Source: Harriotta raleighana | Lineage: Eukaryota | Reading direction: 5' to 3' | Length of the DNA stretch: 63,350 nt | NCBI GenBank assembly: GCA_050575255.1 | Contig: JBNZDD010013727.1 | Coordinates: 4,117,175-4,180,524 of the forward strand | In this document: positions 50,535-63,350 of the stretch, in pieces | Position numbering within the stretch: the first letter of the stretch is position 1 | How the letters are laid out: each line of letters opens with the position of its first letter | Notes under the pieces: generated by a model | The model's input: the letters and a program-made list of their open reading frames with translations, nothing else | The model's database searches: none | Told to the model about the DNA's origin: nothing | Made by a program: the position numbers and the translations under genes

Positions 50535-50828
50535 AATTGTTTAAAACAGATGTTAAACTGAGGAACCTCCTAGCTGCACAGGTGGACATGACGGATTCTG
50601 CAATATTATTTGAAACAAGAATAGAATTTCCCCGGTCACCAATTGTACACATAAATTGGAGATTCACTTCACAGCTGTTTGTGAGACATAATTGTGCAAA
50701 TTGTGCAATTTGCCTACAAATTAAAGAGTCACTACTACACTTAACAACAATTCGCTGTGAAGCTTTTTGAGACGTTTTGATATCATAGTCATTTGTCAAA
50801 TGCTACGATTATTATGATTATTATTATT
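50535..50828 (+). mobile_element. Old DeuSINE, 5'-truncated
   Basis: GATGTTAAACTGAGG, CAGGTGGACAT, GCTGTTTGTGAGAC, CTGTGAAGCTTTTTGAGACG, (ATT)n. Confidence 0.7.
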
Positions 50829-51462
50829 ACTTTCCTATTATCCTCACTGAAATGAACTTGCTGAGCTAGATTTAGAAATAAATCTACAATCATTAGTTCA
50901 TCGTAATTATTCATTCACTTCAATGAGAGTAACTATTTAGGTTCGGAAAACCTTTATATTTCTGAGTCTAATATGATCTCTTAAACTCAAGTGGTTTGGT
51001 AACCAGTGATGAATAACAATGAGCATATATAAAAAAAACTCTTGAAAACACCTCATGCTTTGACAGCAGGAAGCAAGAGGATTATTAGAAATATGAAGGA
51101 TGCCCAATGAGTAATTAGGACGACCACTTTGCTCCATTTATATCTTAGCACTCTCCAAGTTCATGAGAGCCTCTATTAAGATTCAGATGAAAAAATAAAC
51201 AATTGATAGAAAGAGAATTTAGATATGCAGGTTAGATTTATTGCTTTATAAAACGGCTTCTGTACAACATTAATGCACAGAGAGTGCTTCAAGTTTATGC
51301 TAATGCTACGCATTTGGTGGTGAATTACAGCAATTTGGATGGTGGCTGTGGTCGTGCAATTTGCACTGGTGCCTTGTTCCTGACATATGGAAGAGGTGAT
51401 TTTTGAAACAATAGATTCACATCTACATTTCCCAGAATACATATGCATTCCACAGAACTCGT

Positions 51463-51772
51463 AGAGCTCTGTATCTCGTTGGTTAGATAACGTGCCTTTC
51501 AAGAGAGAGACCTGGGTTCAATTTCAGATAGGGCAAAACCTTGGGCAAATTTCCTTAATCCACATACCTGATAATAATCCCTCAAAAAAACCAATAATAA
51601 ATTGGTCAATCAAACCACGACTGTTTGTGGGACACTGCTCTGCACAATTGGCTGCTGTGTTTCGCCCACCTATATACAGGCAATTCACTTTACAGCAGAT
51701 TCTGTGAAGAGCTTTGAGACATCTAGAAGGTGTGAAAAGGTCTATATCAAATGCAAGGATTATTATTATTAT
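51463..51772 (+). mobile_element. Young tRNA-derived SINE, full length
   Basis: Colinear with 353-668. Confidence 0.88.
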
Positions 51773-53464
51773 AACTTCTGTTTGGACTGCTCAAATTTAT
51801 TTTTATACATTAGGCAGCCTGAACATTTTACACACATTACTTTAAGATCTGAGGAGAAATTCTGGGTCTACATTCATTCTAATTTTATTGTACAGTATTT
51901 TAGAGAATCCAAAATTTAGCAAATTGTTAAATGTTGTCTTGATTTTTAAACCGACTTTCTTAAAAACTGAGAAAAGCACTTCAAAGTTAAGGCTGAATTC
52001 AGGAATTTGACAGATTCTGGACAGATCCTGCAGGTCAATCTAAAACCAGGTGGCATTTTTCCCCACAGATTGTTCAACTTTGGGCATGCCCAGAACGCCC
52101 TGATTCAAAGCAAGAAGGAAATAGTGTTCTGACTATGTTGTTTGAAATAACATGACTCCATTCCCTGTAGTGTAAAAACATAATAATAAGGATAACATAA
52201 TTAAGAACTGCATCAAATAATTTTCATATTATTTCAAAGATCTTTAACGTTCATGTTTAACATCTATTGCTGTAGGATTTTTTTTATCATTGGTTACAAT
52301 TAAAACTGTTTGATCAAAGGAATGAAAATCGTTTCAGATATTGATTGGCCACACTTTTCTACAAAACATGCATGGTTGTCTTAAATTCATTGTCAAAATT
52401 TATTGTATGTACGTATTTTGTTAGCTAGTATAATTAAGTGAAAGGATACTACATTATGTGATAATTGTTACTGATGAGCATTGCCAAAAAGTGCAGTCGT
52501 CCGGTCTTTAATGATTTGGAGGTTTGAGGGTCATGAATGTTTTGGTCTGAAATTAACTTTGGCCTGCATTCACTGCAGCCTAACTCCATTCTACACCAAC
52601 AAGGATGACAGCAGTCATGGCCTTCAGGCAGATACATTTTACTCAAGTTTGTGGGAGGGAAGATGGGAAATTAATACAGCCTCAAATCGAAACAGTCAAT
52701 AATTAATGGTTGATTTGAACGATAGTTTTCAACCAACTGATTTAGCACATGCCATATTTTCCACCCAAAAAAGAAGAATACTATTCTCAAAGATTAGTTA
52801 CATTTTTTCAGAAGCAAAGAGTAACCTTCTGCAAGTAAGTCCTAAATAATCATTGGTATGAACCATTCACCTTCAAGAAAAACTTGATCCACTTTAATTG
52901 AATGTCTATTAATGTGCATGACTGTTGTAGAAAAAGACTTAAATGTAGATGTGAAGTGTATTGTAGACAGTCTCATATTACTCTCCCGGAATTAAATAGA
53001 AACACTAAATCAAATATAGAAAGAACACTTTTGCTTTTTTGACAACATAAAATTTACAATGCAACTCGTAATTTTGTCAATGTTTCAAAAGCTTTTTTTC
53101 ATATTTGCAGATATTTCTGATGTGTTTTCTGCAGCTCAGTTTGCTGAAAGGCAATAATGCCATCACCAGTTTTATACATGATCTACTTTTCACTATTAAA
53201 ATATAATAACAAGTTAATCAATTCGAGATATTTCATCAGGCAATTCATTGTTATCAATTTGGTTACTTTAGTATAAACATTCTATATTTTCTATTAACCA
53301 TGATTAGGGCTGCAGTTTTGTCATGGTATTTTTAATTAAAATTCACAGATTCACATGGTAAATTTAGTCAATGTCATGGATTTGAGGGAAATGTTGTATA
53401 AAGTCAATGGATAGCAGATGGAAACCAGTAAAGGACTCTCTTCCGGCTTTTATTTTTCAATGTA

Positions 53465-53992
53465 CTGTAAAAGCCCATTTATCTGTGACTTGATCAACCG
53501 GAACTTCCATATAACCGGCACATCAAAAAAAATCCCCATCCGATTAACCGGATGTTATCTGGCAGAACAGCGGGGGCGAATTTAATGAATCGATTGTCAC
53601 ATGAGAGTACCGAACAGGTATTTTGGTTTACCGCTAGTAGAACCTTAATGTCGCCCTGCCGTTTTTTTCCCTCAATGGCGTCCACCATTGCAGAAGTTTA
53701 ATATAAATATAAAGTATAAATAATAAAGTACCAATACAATATTCTGTTATTACAGTATCTGTTATTACTGTATTTAGTTTATTATTTATATGGTACAGTG
53801 TACGACATGTACAATAAGGTACCCATAAAATATTCTGTTATTATTTAGTCTATTATTAATAATGGTATGTGTTAAAATAAGTTAATTTTTTTTGTGTTGG
53901 GTTTTCGGCATCAGATCCGACCGTTTAACCGGCAAGCCGTTTAACTGGCATTGGCCAAGTCCCGTAGGTGCTGGATAAACGGGCTTTTACTG
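53465..53992. mobile_element. Tigger-like MITE, complete
   Basis: TA-CTGTAAAAGCCCATTTATC ... GGATAAACGGGCTTTTACTG; colinear with 9486-10045. Confidence 0.85.
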
Positions 53993-55657
53993 TTCTTTAT
54001 TAAAATTACGAACACAAAGAAAGTCGTGGACAAACAGAAAAATCATGCTCTTGATGATGTTTTTACCACCTCTTGAGAGGAACATTTGTGCATTTAAACA
54101 TTTATAAATAATAAATGATCTTTGAAAGGATCATTCAAAATTACAAAAACATTTGTACCCCATACAATATACTCGGTGGCTCCTTTCTTTCTAATGGAAT
54201 CAAATAATAAATTCAAGGTTGATGCTGTATAAAAGCAATCATAGAGGCTTTCCATAAGAGATTCACAGCATAACAAATTGCAACTGGTCCTGTGATGATT
54301 TTATACCATGTAACTGGTGCCACAAAGACACTTAGCAACCATAGCAACAGTACTTGTCAGACTTGCTGGACTGTGTTGGGCTGCATTGATATAGCTCTCT
54401 CAATACCGGACGGCGTCTCAGAGCTCAAGACAGTAATTACCTGTTAAGTACTTCAAAACATTTCAAAATACTGCACTAAGTTTGTTTCTTTTTGCTACTG
54501 TTCAGTTATCACTCAGACACCAACATACTCCATTTTCCAGTTTGGGAAATATGGTGATGCTGTCATCCAATCAGGAGTAAATTAAATTATTCAACTCAAA
54601 TCATCTTAATAGCTAAAAACGAGCCACTTGACCTTTGCCAGTGACTCAGGTATTATTTCCAGCACCATTAAAATGTGCAAAATCTTTGGGAAGACATTCA
54701 TAAGAACAAAAACTCTAAGTTAAGAAGCTCAACTTGACATTTTAATCAAAGAATTAACAAGAAGTGGGCAATTATAAATTCCCGAAGATAAGTAGCAACA
54801 TTAACTAGGTGCTCTGAAGGCCAAGTAAAAATATTGAAGAAGGTTTCACAGATAAAAAGAAACACTGAATACTGCAGGATGTGTCTCATTGATTTTTAAC
54901 ACAATGTTTATGACATGGCAAAAGGATAGGCAATTAACTAATAAGATTGATACAGAAAATAGAGTTCTTTCATGCCTTTTTGATCTCATCCTTCCAGATT
55001 ACTCATCTTCCTGTCCACCATTGTAGCATCAAGCTACTTTGTTTTCAAATGAGTTCTGTGTTAGTCTTAACCATCTTTCCTGGCAACTTGTTCCAATAGT
55101 TAATTACACACTGAGTAAAGAAATACTTTGTCATGTCTGATTTAATTTACTCTTTGCAGCTGTTAACCTATGCCCTCTTGTTCTTTCTTGATTCATCCAA
55201 AAGTATTATTCCAGATTTACTTTTTCAATCCCATTTAAATTTATATCAACTTTATGCAAGAAATTCCATATCAAGGCTGACAATTATAATGAGATTGTAG
55301 AATGATACATTGGTGTCCCATTATAATATGGTAGTTGGATCTATACAATTTCAACCAGCGCTATAATGGGGTGAGATCGCCAGTTAACATTTCCATATTC
55401 ACAGCAAATTCATGCAGTAAGATAGTTGATTCCATCTGTGCTTAAATTACTAGCAGTGTGCAAGAAGTCAAAATGATTGACTTCCAGGTCATCAGTCACA
55501 CCTAATGGTTACTTCCAGTGGAAACCTGAAGACTCTGAAATGAAAAACAAATGGCTGACTCTGTGCTTCAGGCTTCTACATTTACAAGGAGGTGTGTCAA
55601 GAGAATGCAATATTTCCATTGTAAAATAAAGTAAACCAACTAGCAGAGAAGCAGTTT

Positions 55658-55918
55658 AGAGTCCTGTAGCTCAGTGGTTTGATTCCTGGGCAGGACAAAA
55701 CATTGGGCAAGTTTCCTTACTCCACACACCTCATTTACCTTGTAGTAAGTAGGAACATGTTTGTTAGTTGATTGGATGATCCCTTTTCCAGAGAAAATAA
55801 TCCCTTAAAAAAAGTAATATCCCATTCAATTCGCGTTTCACTTCTATGTATTCTGTGAAGTGCTTTGTGACATCTCAAAGATATGATAAGGTGCTATGTG
55901 AAATTCAAATTATTATTA
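55658..55918 (+). mobile_element. SINE, variant subfamily, internally deleted
   Basis: GAGTCCTGTAGCTCAGTGG head, AGTAAGTAGGAAC block, TTCTGTGAAGTGCTTTG tail. Confidence 0.75.
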
Positions 55919-55943
55919 GAAATACTATTGAGTATTGATTACA

Positions 55944-56052
55944 AACAAAAACATAAATTGCTTGAAACACTCAGCGGGTCAGGTAGCATCAATGTCCACA
56001 ACCCTTCATCAGAACTTCAGACTTCCAGCATCTGCTGCATTTTGCATTTTGT
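55944..56052. mobile_element. Deleted Penelope-type palindrome
   Basis: ACACTCAGCGGGTCAGGTAGCATC, CCCTTCATCAGAACT, TTCCAGCATCTGC as in 29593-29826. Confidence 0.65.
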
Positions 56053-57454
56053 TTACCTTAGGTTATTCTTTAGGCAACCTTTCGGAAAGTGAAGGGAGGG
56101 CAATGAGTTCTATTGTTTTCTGCACTAAGATTTCTGAAACTTGTGGCCTATTTCAGCCGCCATCCTAACTCTCTGCCCTCCCATACACCAACTCTGCTCC
56201 CCACACTCAGGTCCTGAAACCTGACTGTTCAGCATCTTGAGATGTCCTCCCGACATGAAAGACACGTTACAAATTTAATTTTGTTGTGGTTGTTGACTGC
56301 TGAGCTCATTTTCATGGCAACAAACAATCATATATTGATTGACAACTGGCTCATCTCAGTAGTTTGTGATTTTGATCCAAACCCCCGGCCATGGAATATA
56401 TACAAGGTGGATAACTCTAATTCTGGAGTCTCAGGTAGCTTCATTTGTGGAGTGGCTCATTGTTTGATTTAAATTGCCTGTAGATTCAAGTCTGTGGAAG
56501 GAGACCTGATTATGGGCATGGCTGATATTGCTTCCAACCAAGAGTACTGTAATGCCTCCAGCATGGAACATGGACTAATTCAACAGAGTGGTAAAGTGCT
56601 TTGCTGTGTATAAATAAGCTCTATTTGTTTAACTTAACTGTATCCGGATTCCTTGCGAACATCATGCATAAATGGGATTGGTGGTCTGTACTGAATAAAG
56701 CAGGTTAGGATTCTTGCCTGGGAAACTCATGCAGAATCAAGCAAATTGAAATCACTTAACAACTTAGTGTCATTTTATAATGCTGGTTTAAAAAGAACGA
56801 TCTGCCAAACAAAGGCACAAATCACAATTGCTGAAATGTTTTCACAATAAATACACAATTGAATTTTACGTGGATAATTGGGAAGGAAAGGTATGAAGGA
56901 GTGTGGGGAAAAAGCAGAGAAATGGGATTACAGTCCATTCTGAGCTGGTAGAAAACAACAAATGACCAAATGTATCAAATGTATTCTAGTAATCATTCTT
57001 GCATTTTATTTAGTGCCTTATCATGTCATTGAGACATCTAACAATATTTCGTAGAAAGTACGGTAAAGTGGACTAACAGAATTTTTGTGGGCGAAATAAA
57101 GCAATCCATTGAGCACAGCAATGGCCCACAAACAGCCATGTATGTGAGAGATCGGTTTTATTTGTTGGCCAGAAACTTGGGGAGATCAAATTTACAGGGC
57201 TGTGAAGAGAGCAGAGGAGTACGATTGATTTAGACAGGTCTTTTAAAAGATTAAAAGAGAGACAGAATGGGCCAAATGGCCTACTGTGCCGTCTAGCTCT
57301 ATGATTCAATAATTCTATGAACACCAGGAGAAACTCCCTTCTCTTTTTGATTCATACCATGGGATCTTTGATGTCCTCGTAAAAAGATAAACAATTACCT
57401 TAGTCTAATGTTTCCTCCAAAGGACATTATCTCACTCGATCCAACCTCCCTCCA

Positions 57455-57687
57455 ACTCCCAGCACTACATTAATGCTGGTGTAAAAACTTTGAAACTCCC
57501 TCACTCAACACTTTCATCTCGCCCCCTCCTTTCTGATCTTCTGGTCGCGCCTGAAGACCTTTCTCTTCGACCACGCATACAATCATCTTCCCCTCCCCCT
57601 GGCTTGGCCTTCAGCTCCGACATTGTGAAGTGCTCTGAGATGCTGCCTAGATGGAGGATGCTATATAAATACAAGTTGCTGTTGTTA
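57455..57687 (+). mobile_element. L2-clade LINE 3' end within an old minus-strand SINE
   Basis: GAAGACCTTTCTCTTCGACCA...GTGAAGTGCTCTGAGATG...GCTATATAAATACAAGTTGCTGTTGTT. Confidence 0.72.
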
Positions 57688-59704
57688 TAAACTATGTGCC
57701 TTTATTCCCGTTTCAGCTTGAACCAACAACCTTCTGAATCCTGTGAGCATGCTACCACTGCTCCAGTTTCACACAGGTATTCTAATATCTTTCCATTCTA
57801 CAGATGAAGCATTTAAACTTAAGTCCTGTCCAACTGTTGAGTTGCACATTAAACATCCTTTTGTCACTAACCAAAAATAAAAGGAACCTTTTCCAGGTGT
57901 TTCTACCGAACAGCTTCCAAGTTATTCTTTCAATCACCTCAAGGTTAGTTCCTGGCTGATTTAAATAGCTGTCATGTATGCTCAGAATTGTAGTTACAAA
58001 ATGTGTCACCAATTACCTGTAAAATGCTTTGAGATGCATTGACACCATATGAAAATATAAAAAATTCTATTTTTTTTCTTCATTATTTTTTCTTTCATGG
58101 TTTTCAACTCTTGGCAATATTTAGTTGGATTAGGTCTCATCACTGGCCATTCTTTGAGGCTAGCAAAGGATAGTGCCATCTTACTTATGCCAAAGTTGCA
58201 GTTATATGTCTGCCAATCCGTTCTTCTTTTAGTTGGGACGTCTTCCCGACATGAAAAGCACTACACAAGTGAAATTTTGTTTTTTGTTTGCTCCTATCAA
58301 CATTATTACTACCATCCACCATCCAAAATAACTAGAAGAAAGAAGAAAAAAGGGTAATTGAACTTTTTTTTAACCATGGAGTTTACTAGGATAAAAAGGA
58401 GATATAGAAAATAACGGGAACAAAATGTAGAGAGAATATAGAATACAAAATACGAAGAAAACTAGCAACAGAGAAAATAAAGGGAATGTTTTTCAAATCG
58501 ATTTTCTATCTAAAATTGTGTTCATAATACAGGTATACAGGTTAGGTTAAAGAGTTAATATTACAGATTTAATATTAGTATCATAAAGCCATTGCGATGT
58601 TTCAATATTAATACAGTAATATTAATATTATCATATTGCATTTTTACATAGCAATACATGAGCTCAAATATACAGAACAGATGAGAAATGTTGGGACTCT
58701 AAAAGGGAATAATTGAATAAGAAAATAGGAAATTATGGGATGATAAATCCATTTATCTATGGCCTGAGGTACTGTGTGCTGATGTTTCTCTAAAATAAAA
58801 ACAATTAAAAAAAAACTTTATAGAAATATATTGATGTCCTCAAGAGGATAATAAGGACAACAATGCTTCAATATCAGAAAATAGGGGAACATGGGGAAGC
58901 TATTCAGCCCATTGTGCATGTTGCACTAATTTTAAATCTGGTAAATCTTTTAATCTCAATGCCCCACCCTTTCACTGCCTCAATGAGTAAGTCTGAAACC
59001 AAGGACACCGATAAAAAACATTTCCTGTTCAGAAATCCCCAATTTTCTGTATAAATTGCGCAATGGAAGACTTGCACTAGTTTAGAAAAATCATCAATTA
59101 ACAAATGTATAAAATTCACAAATCAGTATATTGAGATCGGGGTTAGAGTTAATGGATTCAAAGGTTTTATAAATCATAGTAGTTTCACGAGTAGCAAAAT
59201 ATATTTGTGAACATGCATTGTTCTAATAGGCACATATTGTAATGTAATGTAATCTAATAGGCACATATTAAAGCGTCTCTAATTTCATCTCATGATGCAT
59301 ATACTGAGCATTCCAAAAAGTGGTATGAATGTAGTGGTTAACTTCTGTGGTCAGATCCATCCATTAATGATTTGGTCTATGCTTGATTTACAGGGTGTGT
59401 TGCCCATTAAAACTCTAATTATTAAATATACAAATTGTGAGTCAAAGGTAATTATGCAAAAAATAAACCCTCTGCAAATGGCCATGAACATCATTGCAGA
59501 TAGGACAATTACTAGCTTGACTGACTGTGAAGTTCAGTCAGGTGCAATTTCATTTATTTAAAATTTGCGAAGTAAGGTGCACAATAATGTCTTGTGTGTG
59601 GCTGGATATTAAGAACCAATGTTATTATTTTATTGTTGAGCTGCTCTGTAGCTACATGTCGTGAACAGTGAGATGAGAGAGAGAACGTAAGCGAGAGAGA
59701 GATA

Positions 59705-60173
59705 CTCTCTCCTTTTCTTCTTCTTCTCTCCCTTTCTCCCCTTCCCTCCTTCTTCCCTCTTTCCCCCCATTCCCTCTTATCCCTCTTTTTCCCCATTTCT
59801 ACCAGATTTTGCCCCCATCCACCTTTCCTTCCCTCTTCCCCCTTTGCCCCCTTTCTCCCCACTTTTCCTCCCTAATTTCCCCCTTCCCCCCCCTTCTCCC
59901 CCCTTTCTCCTCCCTGATTTTACCCCATCCCGCCTTTTCCTCTGTCTCCCCCCTTACCCTCTTTTCCCTCTTTCTCCCCTGGCCCCACTTCCATGTCTGT
60001 TTGTGGGATCCTGCTGTGCACAATTTGGCAGGCACGTTTCGCCCACAAATATACAGTCAATTTTTTTCCTACTTTCCTTCACCCTCTCTCCCCTTCCACT
60101 CTGATCCGTACTAGACTGTACAGAGCCTTGGGACATGAAAGACGCTATATAAATATAATTTTGATTGATTGAT
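59705..60173 (+). mobile_element. Headless retroposon: long pyrimidine tract + Deu core + L2-type tail ending (GATT)n
   Basis: ~280-bp C/T tract then CCCACTTCCATGTCTGTTTGTGGG...CAGTCAATTTTTTTCCTACTTTCCTT...AAAGACGCTATATAAAT..TTGATTGATTGAT; same junctions as 7478-7747. Confidence 0.75.
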
Positions 60174-60349
60174 CGATGTAAATTTGATAGAATTGTGAAT
60201 AATACTATCACACAAAATCCTTCAGTGGCTTTACCGGAAAATAGTATCATCATAAGACGATAGCCAGTGCATAAGAAAAGAGGGTGAAAGTATAACCTGT
60301 GCTGTTTTAGATCATAGAGCTTTGAAAAATGTAGCCAATAGAAGTCTTA

Positions 60350-60513
60350 ATTATTGATTATTGATTCAATCCATGACTGTTTGTGGGACTCTGCCATATT
60401 GATTGGCTGCCACGTTTCGCCCACAAATATACAGTCAATTTACTTTACAATAAATTCAGTGATGAGTTTTAGGACGTCTAGAAGGCGATATATCAAATAC
60501 AAGAATTATTATT
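60350..60513 (+). mobile_element. SINE 3' half
   Basis: CAATCCATGACTGTTTGTGGGAC core and tail. Confidence 0.78.
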
Positions 60514-61374
60514 GTAAAATAAGTGCAATCTTCCTCCTCCCCCCACTCTCCCATTCTTACACATACAGCTCTGCCTTATTTCATATTGGTAAAACTTAAA
60601 ATCAACCATCTTAACTACCCCATTCTTTAACCAATAGGTAAATGGGCAGTGTGGTGGGTTTAATTATTGTGACTATTGAGTCTGTGAGGGCTGAGTCAGA
60701 GGAATAATTTGATAAATTAAAATATTAACCAACTGTATTTTTCAGTCCTATGTTAATTAACATAAATGTTTTATTTTACATTTTTTTGTGTCATTTTCAT
60801 CTGTAAGAACATTGGAGAATGTAGAACAAGATACAGTACAATTGGCTTTTGAATTCAGTTCCTTTAAACAAATCATGTATGACTTGCATTATCTTCGAAT
60901 CTGTTCAATATTTATTCTCATAAATGAATTGAATATGCCTGGATAATATTCAATGACAAGAAAGTTTTGCGAATTTTTCACCTGACTGAATAATGTGATC
61001 AGGCAAAACTTCAGAATATCAATCTAACATTGTGATGGCATTTCCATGATCCCAGTAGCATAAGAACAATTGTGTTCCATAGGATATTTAATTACCTTTT
61101 CAGTATGTACAGTATCTTTAAACCTTCAGTTAAATTGTTAACCAGATACAGTATTCTGCAGGTTCTTTCTCAAAGGAGTTAATCTACATAGCACTAATTA
61201 GTTTGGATAGGATTCAACACAACATATTCTGTGTGTGGAGGGAGAAAAACAGGATCACAGGATTAATTAGACCTTAAACTAGACATGCTTGTCTATGTCA
61301 AGAAACAAAAAGCTGTGCTACATTACTTCAATATTCTGGATCAAGCTAATATGTCATCATAAATAATGAGTATT

Positions 61375-61990
61375 CCTGCCTATGGAACTCTCCAAGACAT
61401 TACCAGCATTGGGAATTCTATATTTTGTATAGATGGGCAGACTAGTCACTGAGGGCAAGGAATCATCCCACTTACTCTTGGTTAGGTGTACAAACCGAAG
61501 CACTAAAGGAAAGAGTGATCCTAGCTGAACAAGCAGTGGAAAAGCTTGCCAGATAGTGATATCAATGGTGAGTTAGCAATTTTCGCTGGTTAGACTCCAG
61601 CACTTCCACAATACACTTTCTGAGATCCCCAAACCTTGGCTCGTGCTAACAACAACAACAACAACAACAAAATTACATTTATAGAGCGCGTTTCACGTCA
61701 GGAGGACGTCCCAAGGCGCTGGACAGATGATTTAAGACCCGAGCAGGGGGAAATGTTCAGGGCGAGGGGGGAGGGGGAGGGTGGGAGCAAGGAGGAGGTA
61801 GAGAGTCGAGAGGGGAGCTGAAGGCACGGTCCTGCACCTAGTTCTTTCCAAGATGTATCCCATCAGGAAGAGAGCGCACATTGAATTCCAAAAATCCATC
61901 TCTGGGATTTCCATGCGTAGATAAGATATATAGACTTCTCAGTTTGGTTTGAAAATTCTTTAGCAAGGTGATGAGTTTCAGTACATGAAT
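61375..61990 (+). mobile_element. Unclassified ~600-bp repeat family copy, interrupted by L2
   Basis: Colinear with 26810-27372 on both sides of 61648-61830. Confidence 0.7.
61648..61830 (-). mobile_element. L2-clade LINE 3' end
   Basis: (AAC)n tail, TTTCACGTCAGGAGGACGTCCCAAGGCGCT, purine-rich segment. Confidence 0.78.
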
Positions 61991-62004
61991 ATGTGTCGTG
62001 TCCT

Positions 62005-62312
62005 GGAGTCCTGCAGCTCAGTGGTTAGAGCACTCATCTTACGATCGTGAGACCTGTGTTTCGAATCCAGGCAGGTCAGGGTGAAACCTTGGGTAAGTTT
62101 CCTTACTCCACACGCCTAATAATAATCCATCCAAAAAACAATCCTACAATAAATTGGTCATTTCAATCCACGACTGTTTGTGGGACACTGCTGTGCGCAA
62201 TTGACTGCCACTTTGCGCCCACAAATATAAAGTATATTCTGTGAAGAACTTTGGGAAATCTAGAAGATGTGAAAAGCGCTATATCAAATGAAAAGATTAT
62301 TATTATTATTAT
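62005..62312 (+). mobile_element. Young tRNA-derived SINE, full length
   Basis: Colinear with 353-668. Confidence 0.9.
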
Positions 62313-62893
62313 AGATACCCATCTGACCTCCAAAGGTTCATTAACATTAACAAGAATTAACTATCATTTTCTAAACAGGAGGAGTCAATGTATACATGAG
62401 GACATGAGACAGGAAATAAATTTGCCTTGTTGATATTAATGTACAAAATCTTAGAGCAAGATACATTGACTAAGTGTTTATATATTCATAAAACTGATGA
62501 GAGTGGAAATATAGTTATATTAAAATGAAAATGGCTTCAATTGCAATCTTGTTCTGACAGGATATGAAGAAAGATTGTTGTAATTAAGCCCTTGATTGGA
62601 AAGTTAAGATTATATTTTATATTATTTATGCTCTAAGCATTACTTGACCCTTCCTTGAATGAACGCCTTTGGCTCTGATTTATTTTAGCTTTGTTCCTGT
62701 CAATCATACAGTATGAAATGGTGACTGAATTGCTCACAGCGAAGACAACTGTGTCCCTCATTTTAAAATTTCCTCAGAACTCCACCAACACAAATGAAAG
62801 TGTCTTGATGCACTGTTCTCCAAATTATGACTCACCATACCATGAAATATCTTAAAACACTTAACAGATATTTACTGTTAGTGTTAGTGACAA

Positions 62894-63350
62894 TTCATAG
62901 ATTCATAGATTCATAGAAGTTTACGGCACAAAAGGAGGCCATTCGGCCCATCTAGTCTGTGCCGGCTCTTTGAAAAGAGCGATTTAATCCCACTGCCCTG
63001 CTCGCTCCCCATAGCCTAATAAACCTGTTCTCCCTAAATAAAGATCTAATTCCCTTTTAAAAGTTGTTATCGAATCAGCCTCCACCACCTTTTCAGGCAA
63101 TGCATTCCAGATTCGAACAACTCGCTGAGTGAAAAAATTTCTCCTCAGCTCCCCTCTACTTCGCTTTGAAACTATTTTAAATCTGTGACCACGGGTCACA
63201 GATTCGCCCACGAGTGGAAATAGTTTTTCTCTATTTGCCCTGTCGAAACCCCTCATGATCTTATAAACCTCTATTAGGTCTCCCCTCAATCTTCTCTGTT
63301 CTAGAGAGAATAACCCTAGCCTATCTAGCCTTTCCTCATAGGTGAAGTCT
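62894..63350 (-). mobile_element. Young CR1 LINE 3' end, continues beyond window
   Basis: (CATAGATT)n tail, GGAGGCCATTCGGCCCATC; open ORF2 C-terminus RGDLIEVYKIM...TRGHRFK...FFTQRVV.IWNALP (62984-63289). Confidence 0.95.

Noticed and set aside
54336-54418. RFX X-box-like GCAACCATAGCAAC and REST-like TCAATACCGGACGGCGTC
   Set aside because: Both deviate from consensus (REST half-sites mismatched and unspaced); not distinguishable from chance
59554-60253. Overlapping Gly/Glu/Arg-rich and Pro/Phe/Ser-rich ORFs
   Set aside because: By-product of the polypyrimidine tract lacking stop codons
261-62433. Short 60-125 aa ORFs in the ORF track as host genes
   Set aside because: No recognisable domains; many overlap SINE, MITE or low-complexity DNA or start at non-ATG codons; consistent with chance ORFs

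Overview
Eukaryotic, AT-rich, repeat-dense vertebrate DNA. The repeat repertoire points to a cartilaginous fish, probably a holocephalan such as the elephant shark (inference). It comprises tRNA-headed SINEs with a DeuSINE-type core and L2-type tail, CR1 and L2 LINE fragments, Penelope-type palindromes and TA-flanked Tigger-like MITEs. I found no recognisable host protein-coding exon, rRNA, genuine tRNA gene or CRISPR array, so the window reads as a large intron or intergenic region. The only ORFs I can assign are decayed CR1 ORF2 (reverse transcriptase) pieces at 46.1-48.2 kb (+) and 63.0-63.3 kb (-). Six near-exact tandem duplications are each split by an N or N-run and look like assembly overlap artefacts. 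The most interesting signals are: (1) a core-intact minimal hammerhead ribozyme motif in a Penelope-type repeat (6032-6072, -) and a TSD-flanked twin-core hairpin of the same family at 29.3-29.8 kb; (2) a perfect 58-bp inverted repeat spanning 1.68 kb; (3) a 763-bp solo LTR with a 4-bp TSD; (4) a headless chimeric Deu-core/polypyrimidine/L2-tail family; (5) AmnSINE2-like and LF-SINE-like ancient repeats; (6) a four-level nested insertion. Family names come from recalled consensus motifs, not database searches, and boundaries of old repeats are approximate. I see no convincing new gene system.
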